Assembly: GCA_030141605.1 (NCBI GenBank)
Contig: JAQGDQ010000285.1
Span: 198,002-262,001, forward strand
Direction: 5' to 3'
Source: Tubiluchus corallicola
Lineage: Eukaryota; Animalia; Priapulida
DNA: 64,000 bases
The notes beneath the pieces were generated by a model. The model had not been told where the DNA came from. It ran no database searches and was given only the letters and a program-made list of their open reading frames with translations. Positions 51,476 to 64,000 of this stretch are shown here, piece by piece. Position numbers and translations under genes: made by a program. Every line of letters starts with the position of its first letter. Position 1 is the first letter of the stretch.

Positions 51476-51687
51476 CTATTTTGATATATGATAAAAACTT
51501 TTCACTTGTTTCAGCTTTTGCGAAGTTTTATTAGCACTTTTATTAATTGCAGATATAAGGTTTAGAATGTAGTGTTTAAATGCTATTTTGATATATGATA
51601 AAAACTTTTCACTTGTTTCAGCTTTTGCGAAGTTTTATTAGCACTTTTATTAATTGCAGATATAAGGTTTAGAATGTAGTGTTTAAA
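51476..51687. repeat. Direct tandem duplication, 107-bp period, 2 copies
   Basis: ctattttgatatatgataaaaac...gtgtttaaa at 51476 and 51583. Confidence 0.95.
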
Positions 51688-54600
51688 CGCAAGTATCTGT
51701 ACATACAGTCAAACGTATCTATACAATGCATGTATAGTATACATACATACGTTTGTATGTATCTCTTTAAACAAAGCTCTATACTGCCTACTTTGGGACT
51801 GCAAAGAAAGTTGGCATTAAGCAAGTTTGTCATTATAACTAGGGTCATTAATACATACAAATACAAACATTTTGTTTTGCCAAAAATATGGACATTAAGC
51901 GAGGTCTAAAGTGTGGTGTTATAACGAGGTTTGATGGCATTTCTAATGCTACGTCTAAACTATATATCGGAGTCTACTAGTCACACCACTAATTTATTAC
52001 TAGCTTATGTCTAAATTTACCAATCCGAATTCCTGACAAGTGTTGTACCAAACACTAGCATTTGTCGAAATTAAATGAGTATTAAACAAGATATATGAAT
52101 GAGTCTATGTTTAATATTGTTTATTAAAATAGAATATTTCAGCATATTTCGGATACGCCCATCCTTTTTTCTGATAGAGAACAATAGAGAGCATAAGAAA
52201 AGCCATTCAAAGGTAAATTTGTCACGTGACCACAACGTTGTAATAATGTGTATAAACGTCTTCTCACCAATCATTCTACAATGCGTTATATTGTAGTGAC
52301 AGAAACTGACGTTGGCCAGACGTTAGAATTTGATGTTGTAGTCTTGCTGGATTTTGGTTTCAGTCGAAGTGACTTAAATGTAACGTTTGTGCGACGTTAC
52401 AGACGTAAGTAGATTGTTTGGATAACTCGTTGAATGTATCATTGTCTGTGAGAAACCGATACGAATTGTTTAATTCAAGTGTTGCAGAGTTTACTATAAT
52501 CTTCCAATCCACTTCGTTGCGTCTCGGGTGTGAACTGGCTATTAGTCCTACTATTAGAAATACCTAGGATGATTCGATATAGTTGTTAAGTTTTTCGCTG
52601 TAAAAAGCTACGTGTTTCTGTTGTTAGAGATATTAGTGACGTGTGGTGCGATTTTCAATGACGTCATAAGTACTTCCTTAACTCCTAGCAAAAGCTTCTT
52701 GGCTACCACGCCAGATTTTGATTAGTCATCATCATTAAACGCCCGTTACGTCTATTGTAGACAATGGGCAGGCAGAATTCAGAAATAAATCTTCCCCCAA
52801 GACAGGTAAAGACAGTAGATAATCTGCAAAAAACGTTGACACTGCTTGCTAGTGGCGTGTCAGCACTACTTCCGAGCTATTTTGATTTGCAAAGTACAGT
52901 ATCTGGGTCTGTCGTTAGAGATTTCAGTTACGTATGATGTGGTTTACAATGACGACATGACTACTTCTTTATCTCGTAGCAACAGCATCTTGCATGGTGT
53001 AAGTTTAAGGTTTAGGTTTCAGCTTGCGGATTACATTCAAACCCTCACAAAAGTAAAAGACAAAAGTCATCAAGCTTTTCTATATTGTAGCTCCAGTTAT
53101 TAACTACAAAATAATTAGTGGAAACACTGTTCTGACAGAGACCCGACTTTTTTCCAGGGCTCACGGAGTTCTTCGTAGTCATAAGTTATTTGTACAACCA
53201 GTTAGAACCAACTTCAGATTACACTTCTCTCGGCATCGCCTAGTTCAGCCATGGAATCATCTTCCATTGTCAACCATCAGTGCTTCATCAGTTGACAGTT
53301 CAAAAGGCATTTGAGAGAGGACTTGTATACACATAGTTACCATCTAGGTCCTTATTTCTTTGGATAAGATATTGGATAAGGCAAAAGAGAGAAACGTACG
53401 ACATCATGAAGGGATAAGTAACTCTAATGTTCTGAAGGAGCGGCAAAGGTTGGTACGCAAATATAAACTGCAGCACAAAAAAACAAGATTCACAGGTATT
53501 CAAGTAGGTAAAAATCACATTCCTTAATTCAACAGACACGAAAAATAAGGTTATGTCTTCTTTCTTATTATAGAAAAAACTAATTACAGAGACGTAAGAA
53601 ATCGCAGTTAAGACACAAGCAACTCAAAAGTTTTTGGGGAACAGAAAGGTAAGACCAATCATGTATCCAAGTCCAATTTGTTAGCACAAAAAAACCAAGA
53701 TATAAAGCTTGTGTGTTATTACGATTTCCTTATTTAAGGGGTACGAAAAATAAGGTTTTGTCTTGTCTTTACGTTACACCAGTTCTAATCGTCGCAACTT
53801 GAATTCGGAGATCTGCAGTGAAAAGCCGTTATTTGATTTAAAGAACTTCTTTGAATTTTATGTTTAAAAATTTCGTGGCTTTAAAGATTCGCATCTTTTC
53901 TCACCTTTCTCACCATCCTCCTGGTAGATTTTCATCTGTCAGCCGGCGAACAGTTGTGTTCGCCATGAGTTACTTGAGCAAAAAAGTACTTCAGTGACTT
54001 GCTAGGTCTATCCTGAAGGATTTGGTCCACAGCTCCTTATTTGGGGTCCCCCATCCGCCACCCGGGGGATGCGCCCGGTAGGGGTTTATCTATCAAATTA
54101 CGTGCGAATAACAAGCGAAACGTTCCGATATGATAAAAGCCAAATTTCTACAACTCAAAACAGATCGGACGTAGGCCGTATTTTGTAGCCTGTGTACGCG
54201 TATGGAGAAAGAGGTTTAAGAGGGCTTTAAGTAGTTTCATGATTTTATAAGGTGAAACGCAAGAAGTTAAAAAACTTGTTCAAAGACTGCCATTAAACAA
54301 GAAAACTCGACCAGAGAAATTGAGAATATAATCAGACCTGGTTTAACACATTGATCTTGAACATTGACAGACAGATAACTTTCAAATACCAGCAACTAAA
54401 GTACTATGGAGACCAAGTACAGAAACTGAGGCTGATAATATTGCTGTGCGAAAACGCAATAATAATGACCTCACATCACAATGAATGAAAGGAGGTTTTA
54501 TCGAACCATCGATGAAGTAGCTCAGTGAAATTAGAAGTCTATTAAAACCTTGTAATCTGAAGGCTAAATAATATTACATTAATTTGATACACCAAAGTTT

Positions 54601-55175
54601 AAAATACAATTAACTGTCATCACATTTAAAATACATTACATTATATTAATTACATTACATACACTGGAGTTTAAAGTACAATTAAATTGCATTACTTTTA
54701 GCAGATTATTTTTAACAGTTACCCACAAGCTCTCTCCTTTGAAATTCACCCAAATAAATTACTAATAATAAATTGAGACTTTGCTTGCAAAATGACGTGA
54801 TAACCACCCGTCAGTAGCAACAGTTTCTTGGTTACCCTCGTTCAGTCTGCAAAGTTGTTGGAGAAGCTCATTATTGCTATTTTAGGAAAAATTTCGGACG
54901 GAAAATGTATAAGCCGTTAAACTTGCTGATAAATCAAGATCATTTCTGGAATGCATATATATTGTCATGTATTTAATCAGGTCATCGATCAACTAGTCGA
55001 TTAGGTACGCCTACAAGAAATTTTGAAGCTGTAAGGACTACATTACTGTAATGTGACAAACCGCTTATTTGTTCTTGTATCGATAAAAACGCTTGTATGT
55101 TAGCTAGTAACTTGGTATTAACGAGAAATATTTTTTGTCACACGTGCGGCGTTGTAGGAAGCTATTAGTTATTGC

Positions 55176-55284
55176 CAGGGCCTATTTCAAGGGGGGAAGT
55201 GGGGATACTTCCCCAGGGCCTCACCCTCCAGGGGGGCCTCGCGCCAAGGTAACATTTTTTTGCTTTATGCGAACATACTGCCTC

Positions 55285-55357
<73 letters not shown>

Positions 55358-55589
55358 GCCGCACGCGCGCCGTTTGCCAGTATTGACAAGTATTAAGGAC
55401 TGGTCTTGAGAATAAAGCAACTTTTCTTTCAAATGTTCTTTCCTTTAACAACTGTATAACCCCATATTTTCTCTTCGAAAATGCTTCTCCGGCGTTCTAG
55501 CAGTTCAAACATTTTCTGGGCGCCAACCATGGTAGCGCCCCCCCCGGCGCTTTCCTCCCCGGGCCCCGCCTAGGCTGAAATAGGCCCTG
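55176..55589. mobile_element. hAT-like MITE carrying a (CT)n microsatellite
   Basis: 14-bp TIR cagggcctatttca / tgaaataggccctg; 8-bp TSD gttattgc / attattgc (7/8). Confidence 0.85.
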
Positions 55590-55796
55590 ATTATTGCAAT
55601 GTAAAATTTGTATAATTTGTAATTGCTATAAAAGGATTTTTTGCTGATGGTTAGAGCAGCACAAATATTCAAGCTCTTGAAGTGAAATCACCACCTCATT
55701 TGCAAGTATCCCATCATCCAATTACCCCATCTGATATAACATTACAATGCATTCTTTGCTATAACAAAATAATAAAGATACAGAGTACAAGTAGAC

Positions 55797-55964
55797 GAGA
55801 GAGAGAGCGAGGGGGAGAGAGGGAGGGAGGAAGAGGGGAAGAGTGAGTGGGGGAGGAATGTGGAAAGAGAGAGAGGGAGGAGGAGAAAAGGAAAGAGGGA
55901 GGAAGGAGAAAGAGAGAGGGAGGAAGGTGTACGGTGAGAGAGAGAGGGGAGAGGGGAGGGAGAG

Positions 55965-56010
<46 letters not shown>
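55797..56010. repeat. Polypurine (GA)n / G-A-rich tract
   Basis: Direct reading. Confidence 0.95.
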
Positions 56011-56011
<1 letters not shown>

Positions 56012-56785
56012 ATTGAGAGCAAAATAAAAGACAAAAAGAGAATAAAGATGGAAAGAAGAGCGTGAGAGAACGAGGAAATGAGTGTTGACGATTGAGCCAG
56101 GTGTGAGAAGTGGTTGATTTTGTGAATTGGCGAGAGGCTCAGCGAGTAGTTGAGTAGGTGAACGGCTGGATGGATGCATAACTGTGTAACATGGTGAGTG
56201 TTGGGGTGATTGACTGAACGAGGAAGTAGAAAAGTAAGTAAGAGAATTGGTACATAAAAGCGTGAATGTGAGTGTGTGATTTGCTAGCCTGATAGAGTTG
56301 TGATACAGTAATGAGACTTAATTTTTTGTGATTAAATTTGTAGCTTTTACAGATTTACTATTTGCAGGAAAAGACTCTTTTTACGGAAAAAGCCTGAAAC
56401 ATGTTGCCTGATGACACGCCCATGGTTTGAAATTACCGAGCAGCTTGCCACAGTGTAATTAAGCCTGTGGTGCCTCGATTAGATTGTCACACCTCCCCGT
56501 TCGAAATCTCAAACTTTTTGTAATATGTGCTCGAATGAAACGCTTGTAACTCGTTTCTTCTAGCAAGTAATTATAGATATAGTTACCGTTACAGCTACCA
56601 TTATTAAAAGTACCTAATTCTTTACCGTTACAAGTTTCCGAAATTTTAATTTTACTGTAACTTCCTTATTTGTAATACGTCATAGTACAATGCTCCCCCC
56701 CCCCCAACACTCAGGCTCCCTCTTATATTATTTGCCGCTGGACTTCGGATACTAGCATGCAGTCGATATCTGGACAGTAGGATTT

Positions 56786-56970
56786 TTGGGCTGTGGGCAC
56801 TTGGGCTGGGGACGCTTGGGCAGTGTACACTTTGCAGAGTAGTGAGAGTACTGTTGGTTAGTGACACTTGGACATTGACTTTTGAGCTGTAGGACGTAAC
56901 GACTGTGAACATTGCATTTGCAGTAGGACATTTAGACTGTGGACACTTGTACAGTGGGGCACTCGGGCAG
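56786..56970. repeat. Degenerate ~15-bp minisatellite (gggcacttgggctgt-like)
   Basis: Recurrent ggacact/gggcact motifs at about 15-bp spacing. Confidence 0.65.
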
Positions 56971-57138
56971 TTGATATTAAAATGTACAAATATTAAAACC
57001 GAGATAATTCTTAATGACAAGAATAGAATGATGCAATTATTTTTCTGATTATCCAATATGTTAGATAATTAAAGAATTCTGCAAAATTCATTTTCATTAT
57101 TGAGTTATTTTTTATTAACTATACATATATTTTTTGTG

Positions 57139-57251
57139 CTAATTTCCAAATTCGTGGACTAGGCCCGTTCCCTTAAAACGTTCTTCGTTTACTTTATCCA
57201 ATGTTTCACTCATCGCTACCGTCAGATGATTTTTCCAGTCTCCTACTTTGC
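57139..57251 (-). CDS. Sulfotransferase last exon (GKVGDWKNHLTVAMSE...EFGN*)
   Basis: 113 nt, stop TAG; AATAAA on minus strand at 57111-57116. Confidence 0.93.
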
Positions 57252-59083
57252 CTAAAAAACAAAACGTTCTAGTTAAATAGGAGACACACACCTAATCTGC
57301 TACAAATCTTTTATAACCTTGTGCCGCGTCTTGCAACTTCATTTATTAATATTTATTCTTTCACTAAAATCAGCAAACAGATGGAAGTAGAAGCAGCATG
57401 CATGTGATTGTCTGTTATTTTAGAATTTAGGTGAAATCACACTCTTATAATTGTAGTTCTGTAAATTTTTATTCATTCATTATAATGCTGCATCAATGGG
57501 ATATTATCATGGCATCATTAAATATTCAGCCAGAATAATACCAAGATAAAAATATCAACAGCACTTATAATACTCGATAGACGGCGCTTCTACCCTCCAT
57601 TTCAATAATAGGAGTTTGGAGCAGACAGTTCGCTAAAGAAAAAAAAACAATTCTGTTTTTAATGATAGCTAAATCTGTTCAAGGTGATACACGGCCTGGC
57701 ATTAATCTGTTACGTTTACAAGGCTTTTTGTCACTAGCGAAAATCAAAGACTCTGTTTGCAGCTAGCGGCTGTGACCAATTTCCTAGATATTTCTATCTA
57801 GGAAATCGTCCCAGGGGTAGTTGGACTCGCGATGAAGCCTTTCCAGGAGTAATTTTTGCAAAACGTCAAATGATGCGAAAGCCTAGCATACAAGTATTGT
57901 TTTTTGCGACTGTGTTTGTGTTTTTGTGCACACAAGCAACATAATTATATCAAAAAGTATAGTAAGTATGAGGCAATGATAATAAAACTACACAATTTTT
58001 ACTGTCACGGGAGTCTTTCATACGTTTCAAAATAGATCTTTACAGTTATAATTAATGCGCGTAAAAACGCGTTCAGACTTAGGTCCGTCTTCACTGAGTC
58101 ACGCTGAAAATTATCATTTTTGCATGTCACGTGACTGTGAAAGTTTGCAACACAGCAGTGGCCACGCGAAACAAAATTCGGAAATTCTGATCGGTAAATT
58201 TCATCGGGGAAGCAATTTACTCAAGAATTGTGCATGTTGAATTTTGCAAGCGGAAAGAAAACCACTTTTGGGTTAATTGTTTTTACAAAGAGTTTTGTGT
58301 TATTTTGTATCTTTATAAGTTTTAATAAAAGCGTTTAGAGTTCTGATTAATTCATGTGTCTAAAGCATTTGTTTCCGCCTGCCTGCGTTTATTATTTGCA
58401 AATTGTCTGTCTTGTTAGAAATTAAGTGCTTACCCGGCTATCAGAGGGGGGGATGCCCATTTCCCCGCCTCGCAAGTTTTTTGTTAAATTTAATTATCAA
58501 TGACTAATGGTAGAAGTGCTACTCGGAACGTAAAAGGAGGGCATTTTCTATAGCGGTATCAGGCAAAGCTGTCATTCATGCTGGCCGGACTTGAAGAGGC
58601 CTATATAGCCTATAGTATAATATAAAGCCCTGAGGCCTTTTTTAAATTACACCCCACTTAATCTCAGAAAACTTGAAAATTATATACTTTTTAGTTATTT
58701 AATAGCAAAGTGAACAAATTTTTTTCGAATAAATGCACTTACTGATTACATATTAATAATTTATAACAAATAGCGTGACATACAAACAAACATTCCTGAG
58801 CGTAAGATAAGTAATAAAGAACGCGCTTACAAAATCGCAAAAATTATATCAGATAAGTATATGCTACGCATCTTATCACTTTCTATGCATGTGATGTACA
58901 GACAATTTTTATTGAAACATGATTGCTCTCAGTTCATTTTTGATTCTCTTTAGCTGTGAACATGATCTTTCTCGATGATAATCAGTACCTGATTACCTGA
59001 GGTAACAAATGAATACATAACCCAATCTGGAATCTTTTTAAGCCAACATGCAGATTGTGAGACCTTAAGCTGCAATTTGTTAA

Positions 59084-59167
<84 letters not shown>

Positions 59168-59168
59168 C

Positions 59169-59214
<46 letters not shown>

Positions 59215-59256
59215 TTAATAATAATAATAATAATAGTAATAATAATAATAATAATA

Positions 59257-59292
<36 letters not shown>

Positions 59293-62200
59293 TTTATTTA
59301 AAGTCGGTTTAGCTTGTACCCAAATCTGGTGCTGCATTCATGCCACTATCGGAATCATTAGGCCTACACTACATCCTGCAATTCCTTAGAAGGTTAGAGT
59401 GCCAAAAAGTTCCTATGTTGAAATACAAAACAAAATTATAGTATTATTTAAAATCATCAATGCAAAAACTATTAACAGCTATTATCAGACGCCGCACTAA
59501 GTACAAAAATATTCTCACAATGTAATAAAGTCCTACTCCTACTTATACATTGAATGTTTAGCATCGTCATAACATTTATATTCATAATGGTCATAGAATA
59601 TACTGTAATAGAATGGTCTGAGCTGCATCCTGTGGTAGTTTACTAACCAAAACTTCCTTGAATCAAATTGTAAAAGTTCAAAAATAAATATAATGTACGT
59701 AACAGTGATCTAATTTCATAACAGTATAATTCTATAAACGTTGCTCATAACTTATCTATAGGTGTATAGGTTAGACATCTTGTTTCTGTTTTGATCAACA
59801 TGTATTACCTTTTCTGAAGAAGGTTGTAGAGTCTTTGTTTCTACACTCCGTATCGGCGTAGGAGTAATTTAGCTTATCGTTTCCTCTCATAGAGTTGAAG
59901 GCTGTCTCCTTCACAACGATATTCACTTCCTCTTCTGTAAGACCTTTTCCTAAAAATTCGCCAACTTTTTGGACATGTCCAAATGGATCCTAACGTGAAT
60001 GAAAACTCGATTTCAATCTGTGGAATTTCTGTGTGAAATTAATCAGTCAATTGTTGTTTCAAGATTTTCAAAACTATGATAAATACAAAAAGAAATTCAG
60101 CCATAGAGAACGATAAGTTCGTTCAATGTGTCACAATTCAAAACTAGTAATAATAAAACAAATAAGTAAGAACATGCTTTATCCACCCCACTACCAAAGC
60201 AATTAAATAATGTAAATCGAACAATAGAACAGGTTCGCAGATAGGACCTATAGAGAACAATGTTACAACATGCTGTTGCTGCTACAATTGTTGCGGCTGT
60301 TGTTGCTACTGCTGCCGCTATTATTGCTGTTGCTGCTATTGTTACTGTTGCTGTTACAACTTTTGCGGCTGCTACTGTTACTGCTGCCGCTATTATTGTT
60401 GTTGTTGCTGTTTCTGTAGATGTTGCTTTGGTAATAAACGTGTTACAAATAAAATTTCACGTAGGAATAACAATACTTAAAAGGCATCTTCAAAAACAGG
60501 TCCGATGTTTGACACGCTTCAGTTACATAGTTTGATATCGTTTTGGCTTATCTTACCTTCAGCATTTCCTCATAGTGCACAAACAAGACATTATCCCAGT
60601 CTCTGCAGTTCCAAGCTTCTTTATTATGCTCCCAATAATCTCCAAATTGACCTACAGAAACAAGTCTGTCACGAATTCAAAGTAAAACTTTTCGTTTTTA
60701 AGCAGGTAAAATTGAGCTAGTTTTGTATGACGAATTTTAAGTACATCTAGATTTTCGATGCCTAGAATCCTTAGGTCTTTAGCTGCAGCGATATTTTTAA
60801 GGCGTGTTTCATACATTGAAAGAACACATAGCATTGTAAAAAATTTAAACACAATGAATAAGCAAATGAATGATCTACTGAATCGAAAGACTATGTGAGT
60901 GAATAAACTAATGAATAAATGAATGAAAGAAAGAAAGAATGGATGGATGGATGGATGGATGGATGGATGGATGGATGGACGGATTGACGGATGAATAAAA
61001 GAACGAACGAACGAATGAATGAATGGATTTAGGCAAGCTGTACTACGGGTAAGATAAATGCAACACTTTTGTAAAGCAATAATATTTAAAATATTGCTGA
61101 CATGGGTAAGTTTAGTGACTCACATATCCCGTTGATGAAACGTTGGAAGAATTCTTCGAACGTGGAATGCTTTGCATTAATCCACGGCGGCATTTTGAAT
61201 CCAGTCTCAAAATGGAAGAATGAAACTAAAGTATCTTTAGGGTTTCTTGTTACATAGATGATCTGAAATTGTAATGTGTCATCGTTAGTCACGCTGCGAA
61301 ATCTGAAACTTTATTAACTTTGTTTTACATGCTTAAATTGTTTCATATGAAATATAATAATTGTTTCTTATGAGAAGATACATAATAATTCCTGGATTTT
61401 TGCGTTATTTCTTTCGGTATTTCTCGTGCACCCATTGCATACCTTATAAATTTAGCGTGCCAGTGTTATTATAGTAACTATAGTGTTATTAACTATTGTT
61501 TTTATTTTACATTAAGTTTTATTTCAACACATAACAAGTACCACAAAACAGTAAATAAAAATTAATAAAAATAAAAATATTTAATTAAAAATAATTATTT
61601 AAAAATACTACTGCAAGGCAAATAAAAATAAATATTTACACAACAAAGAGAGGATTAGCAAGCTAAATATTTTAGAGGGTAAGTGTATGTTTCCAATAGT
61701 CAAAATGTTTGAAGTTAAAATGACAGCACTATGAAAAAATAAACCCGTGTGACTACATTGTTTGAATTTGAAATCCGCTGATGAAGGCTAAAAGCATTTT
61801 TACGTAAAATGACTTTAAAATTATTGCAGCCATTCTCTGCACATATTCTAAATTTAAACAGAACACGCTTGACATCAACAGAGCAAAAATTAAAATTTCT
61901 GAAAAGAATATTAAAGCATAAAATAGGTGCAACTGATTTAAAATATCAGCATCATCGTTACAATTACCATGTGACCATGATATTTTGCTTCATGTTAGCA
62001 TTCAATCGGTTCTCCTGACAATGTTACATTAGCCAACTATGTGTGTGTATGTGCTTATTATAAGCGTGTATGCTTATTATGTTTATATATGTATGAACTA
62101 GTTACTGCTTCTTTGTTTTAAGTTTAAACATTAATTTAAAAAGCCAAGCTAGACTGGCACGTTAATTTACATTTTTAGATCACGTTTAAATACTTATATA

Positions 62201-62538
62201 TTGATTTATACACCGCAAACGGGTGGATCACATTTTGTGATCCATTTTCCTCTCCAGTCTCTGATTACCATATTAACTTTGACGAAAGAAAAGTGATTTT
62301 ACCTTCGGGTGCTTTTTTCTTTCTAAAATATCTGAATTCAACAGGTGCAAAGGAATGTGCGTTTTAAATATTCTCGGAGATGCCTTGGCTTCCCAGTCCA
62401 CTTTATCGGGATTTCCCATTGTTCCCATTCTAGTCGGATACTCTATCATCGGTACAAGTTCCTCCAAATTCTGTCCCTTCCAGGTGGTGTCTAGCCCGTT
62501 CATGATGAGCCACACAATAGCCTGCATCCATGTTGTAC
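57139..62538 (-). CDS. Cytosolic sulfotransferase (SULT1-like), last five coding exons; first exon(s) not found in window
   Basis: Motifs GTTW, KTH, YVTRNPKDTLVSFFHF, YEEM, RKGKVGDWKNH; phases all consistent. Confidence 0.95.
59083..59292. repeat. Compound (CTA)n(TAA)n microsatellite
   Basis: Direct reading; abuts tttatttaaagtcggt, like a minus-strand non-LTR 3' tail. Confidence 0.95.
59809..59989 (-). CDS. Sulfotransferase exon (DPFGHVQKVGEFLGK...FFRK)
   Basis: 181 nt, phase 0-1. Confidence 0.93.
60270..60410. repeat. Degenerate (GCT/GTT)n trinucleotide tract
   Basis: Direct reading, intronic to the sulfotransferase. Confidence 0.85.
60557..60651 (-). CDS. Sulfotransferase exon (CQFGDYWEHNKEAW...VLFVHYEEMLK)
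   Basis: 95 nt, phase 1-0. Confidence 0.93.
60900..61026. repeat. Compound tetranucleotide tract (TGAA/GAAA/TGGA)n
   Basis: Direct reading. Confidence 0.9.
61124..61262 (-). CDS. Sulfotransferase exon (IIYVTRNPKDTLVSFFHF...)
   Basis: 139 nt, phase 0-1; 3'-phosphate-binding motif. Confidence 0.93.
62303..62538 (-). CDS. Sulfotransferase exon (GTTWMQAIV...SPRIFKTHIP...HPK)
   Basis: 236 nt, phase 1-0. Confidence 0.93.
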
Positions 62539-64000
62539 CTGTGAAATAATTTTTTCTTTCGTAAAAGATTTGCTGACACAAACTAAGCTGAATCGAAATT
62601 ACAATTTCACTTAAAAGCGCACTTTAATTTCAGTTTAAAGCATTTGTTACTAGATATAAACAAAGAGGTAGTAAGCAATTAGCGATGGTATTAAGGTAAT
62701 AAAAGGTATAAAACATTTGACATACGCATGAATATACAGTATTTAATTATTTATTTGAGTTTTTGTGTCTTATATTATCCGTTTTTTTCTTCACTTCTGC
62801 TTGTGCATACACCTAATATAAATCAAACTTAAACTAAACGCTTGACACAAAAAATAACCAATAAATATTTGAAAACGTTTTCGAAAAGAATGTATCAAAC
62901 TTCTTGTAGTAAACAATTTATTATAACTCCATATTTTTTTGTTTTTCCCCGGTTCAGTTTTGCAGTATATTTGAGGCACCCGGTCTCAGTGTATCAGGAA
63001 TCACACAGCTAGAAATACTATAATTAAGTTGGACATTAGCCAGTAATTGCTGAGCAACTGAACTGATTTTTTCAGGTTAGTGCAACAGACATCCAGAACA
63101 GTGCAACAGAAGAACTTAATAGACTGCTTAATGCTTCGAAGTCTTCAAGTCTGCTAATTCCCATGCAGCATAGTTTAAGATCGCTTACGTGTTATCAAGA
63201 GAAGTAGTTAAATTCGTTGATTTTTTGTTGCAAGAACAGCCTTGTTCGCTTGGTTTTTAATTAGCATGACGTCACCGGCGCAAGCTTAACAAGTGCGTTG
63301 CAAAAAGGCTACTGTTTTTAGATACCTTTTTAAAACAAATCTGGCAGTAGAAATGATTTCAGTCAGCACTTTTAAAAGTGTGCTCCCCACATTTTTAGAC
63401 ACTTGGGTAAACACTAGTATTTTTTCGAATGAGCAAAAAGTTTAGGGAGAACAAAGATTGCCTCAAACGTTTAACTCAAAATTTTGCACATAATTATATT
63501 TGTTAGTGATTAGATTTTATTATGACTGCTAGTGCAATCAGCGAAGTGCAATCGCGCACCCTCTATTCTACATAATGCGTCCCAAACGATTTTTTCGTGA
63601 CGTCTATTTTGTGCTGTTCTGTTTCACTGCGATACTATTTTGTGTGTTATGTTGAAGTAACAGTTGTGGAAAATCGAGAGAAATGGAATGTCTGTACGTG
63701 AAGTTGTTGGCCACACAAAATTTGTGGCTGACAATGCTTATATTCCCCAACCTCAAAGTGATCTATCCTTAGCACTTAAGACATCGTCATGCGTAGTCTA
63801 TAAACACTGCCAATAGTACAAAAGGTTCAACGAATTCTTTGCATAAATTCACAAAATTCACAAAGAACTACACAAAAATGCTTGACAGACTTTGATAAAG
63901 CACTGTACGTGAATACTGTTATGAGGTACGTACAACATTTTGGATAAGTTGCAATGAAAATATCATGAATTCCACTGCAGGCATAAACGGAATACTGTAT

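Noticed and set aside
52300-54450. Moderately GC-richer intergenic DNA as a possible decayed TE or gene
   Set aside because: No recognisable protein motif or sustained ORF.
55135-56179. ORFs with ERERER/SLSLSL runs
   Set aside because: Translations of (CT)n/(GA)n microsatellites.
58982-60535. Poly-L/I/V and Ala/Val-rich ORFs that look like TM segments
   Set aside because: Trinucleotide microsatellites inside sulfotransferase introns.
62540-64000. First sulfotransferase coding exon (YPKS motif)
   Set aside because: Not found on the minus strand here; presumably beyond the window.

Overview
AT-rich, intron-rich animal (invertebrate-like) genomic DNA containing two convergent, spliced genes, both 5'-truncated by the window. 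(1) Plus strand, 1-49494: the 3' part of a giant secreted/membrane-anchored extracellular-matrix gene. It runs through 14 phase-1 calcium-binding EGF exons, 18 exons encoding about 60 copies of a highly conserved 60-aa (TLPPGV)-rich unit (exon lengths are multiples of 180 nt, with homogenised introns), a 2.7-kb Thr-rich mucin exon, 15 tandem 42-59-nt mucin micro-exons, a Dumpy-type ZP domain, an RRRRRR furin site, a TM helix and a short Pro-rich tail. Summing my exon calls gives about 5,700 aa inside the window. (2) Minus strand, 62538-57139: the last five coding exons of a cytosolic sulfotransferase. Introns and intergenic DNA hold a Harbinger-like and a hAT-like MITE, tRNA-derived SINE remnants, non-LTR 3' tails and microsatellites. 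Two local frame breaks (about 26487-26625 and 36460-36495) look like assembly errors. All exon boundaries were read by eye; homology statements are from memory, not from database searches.
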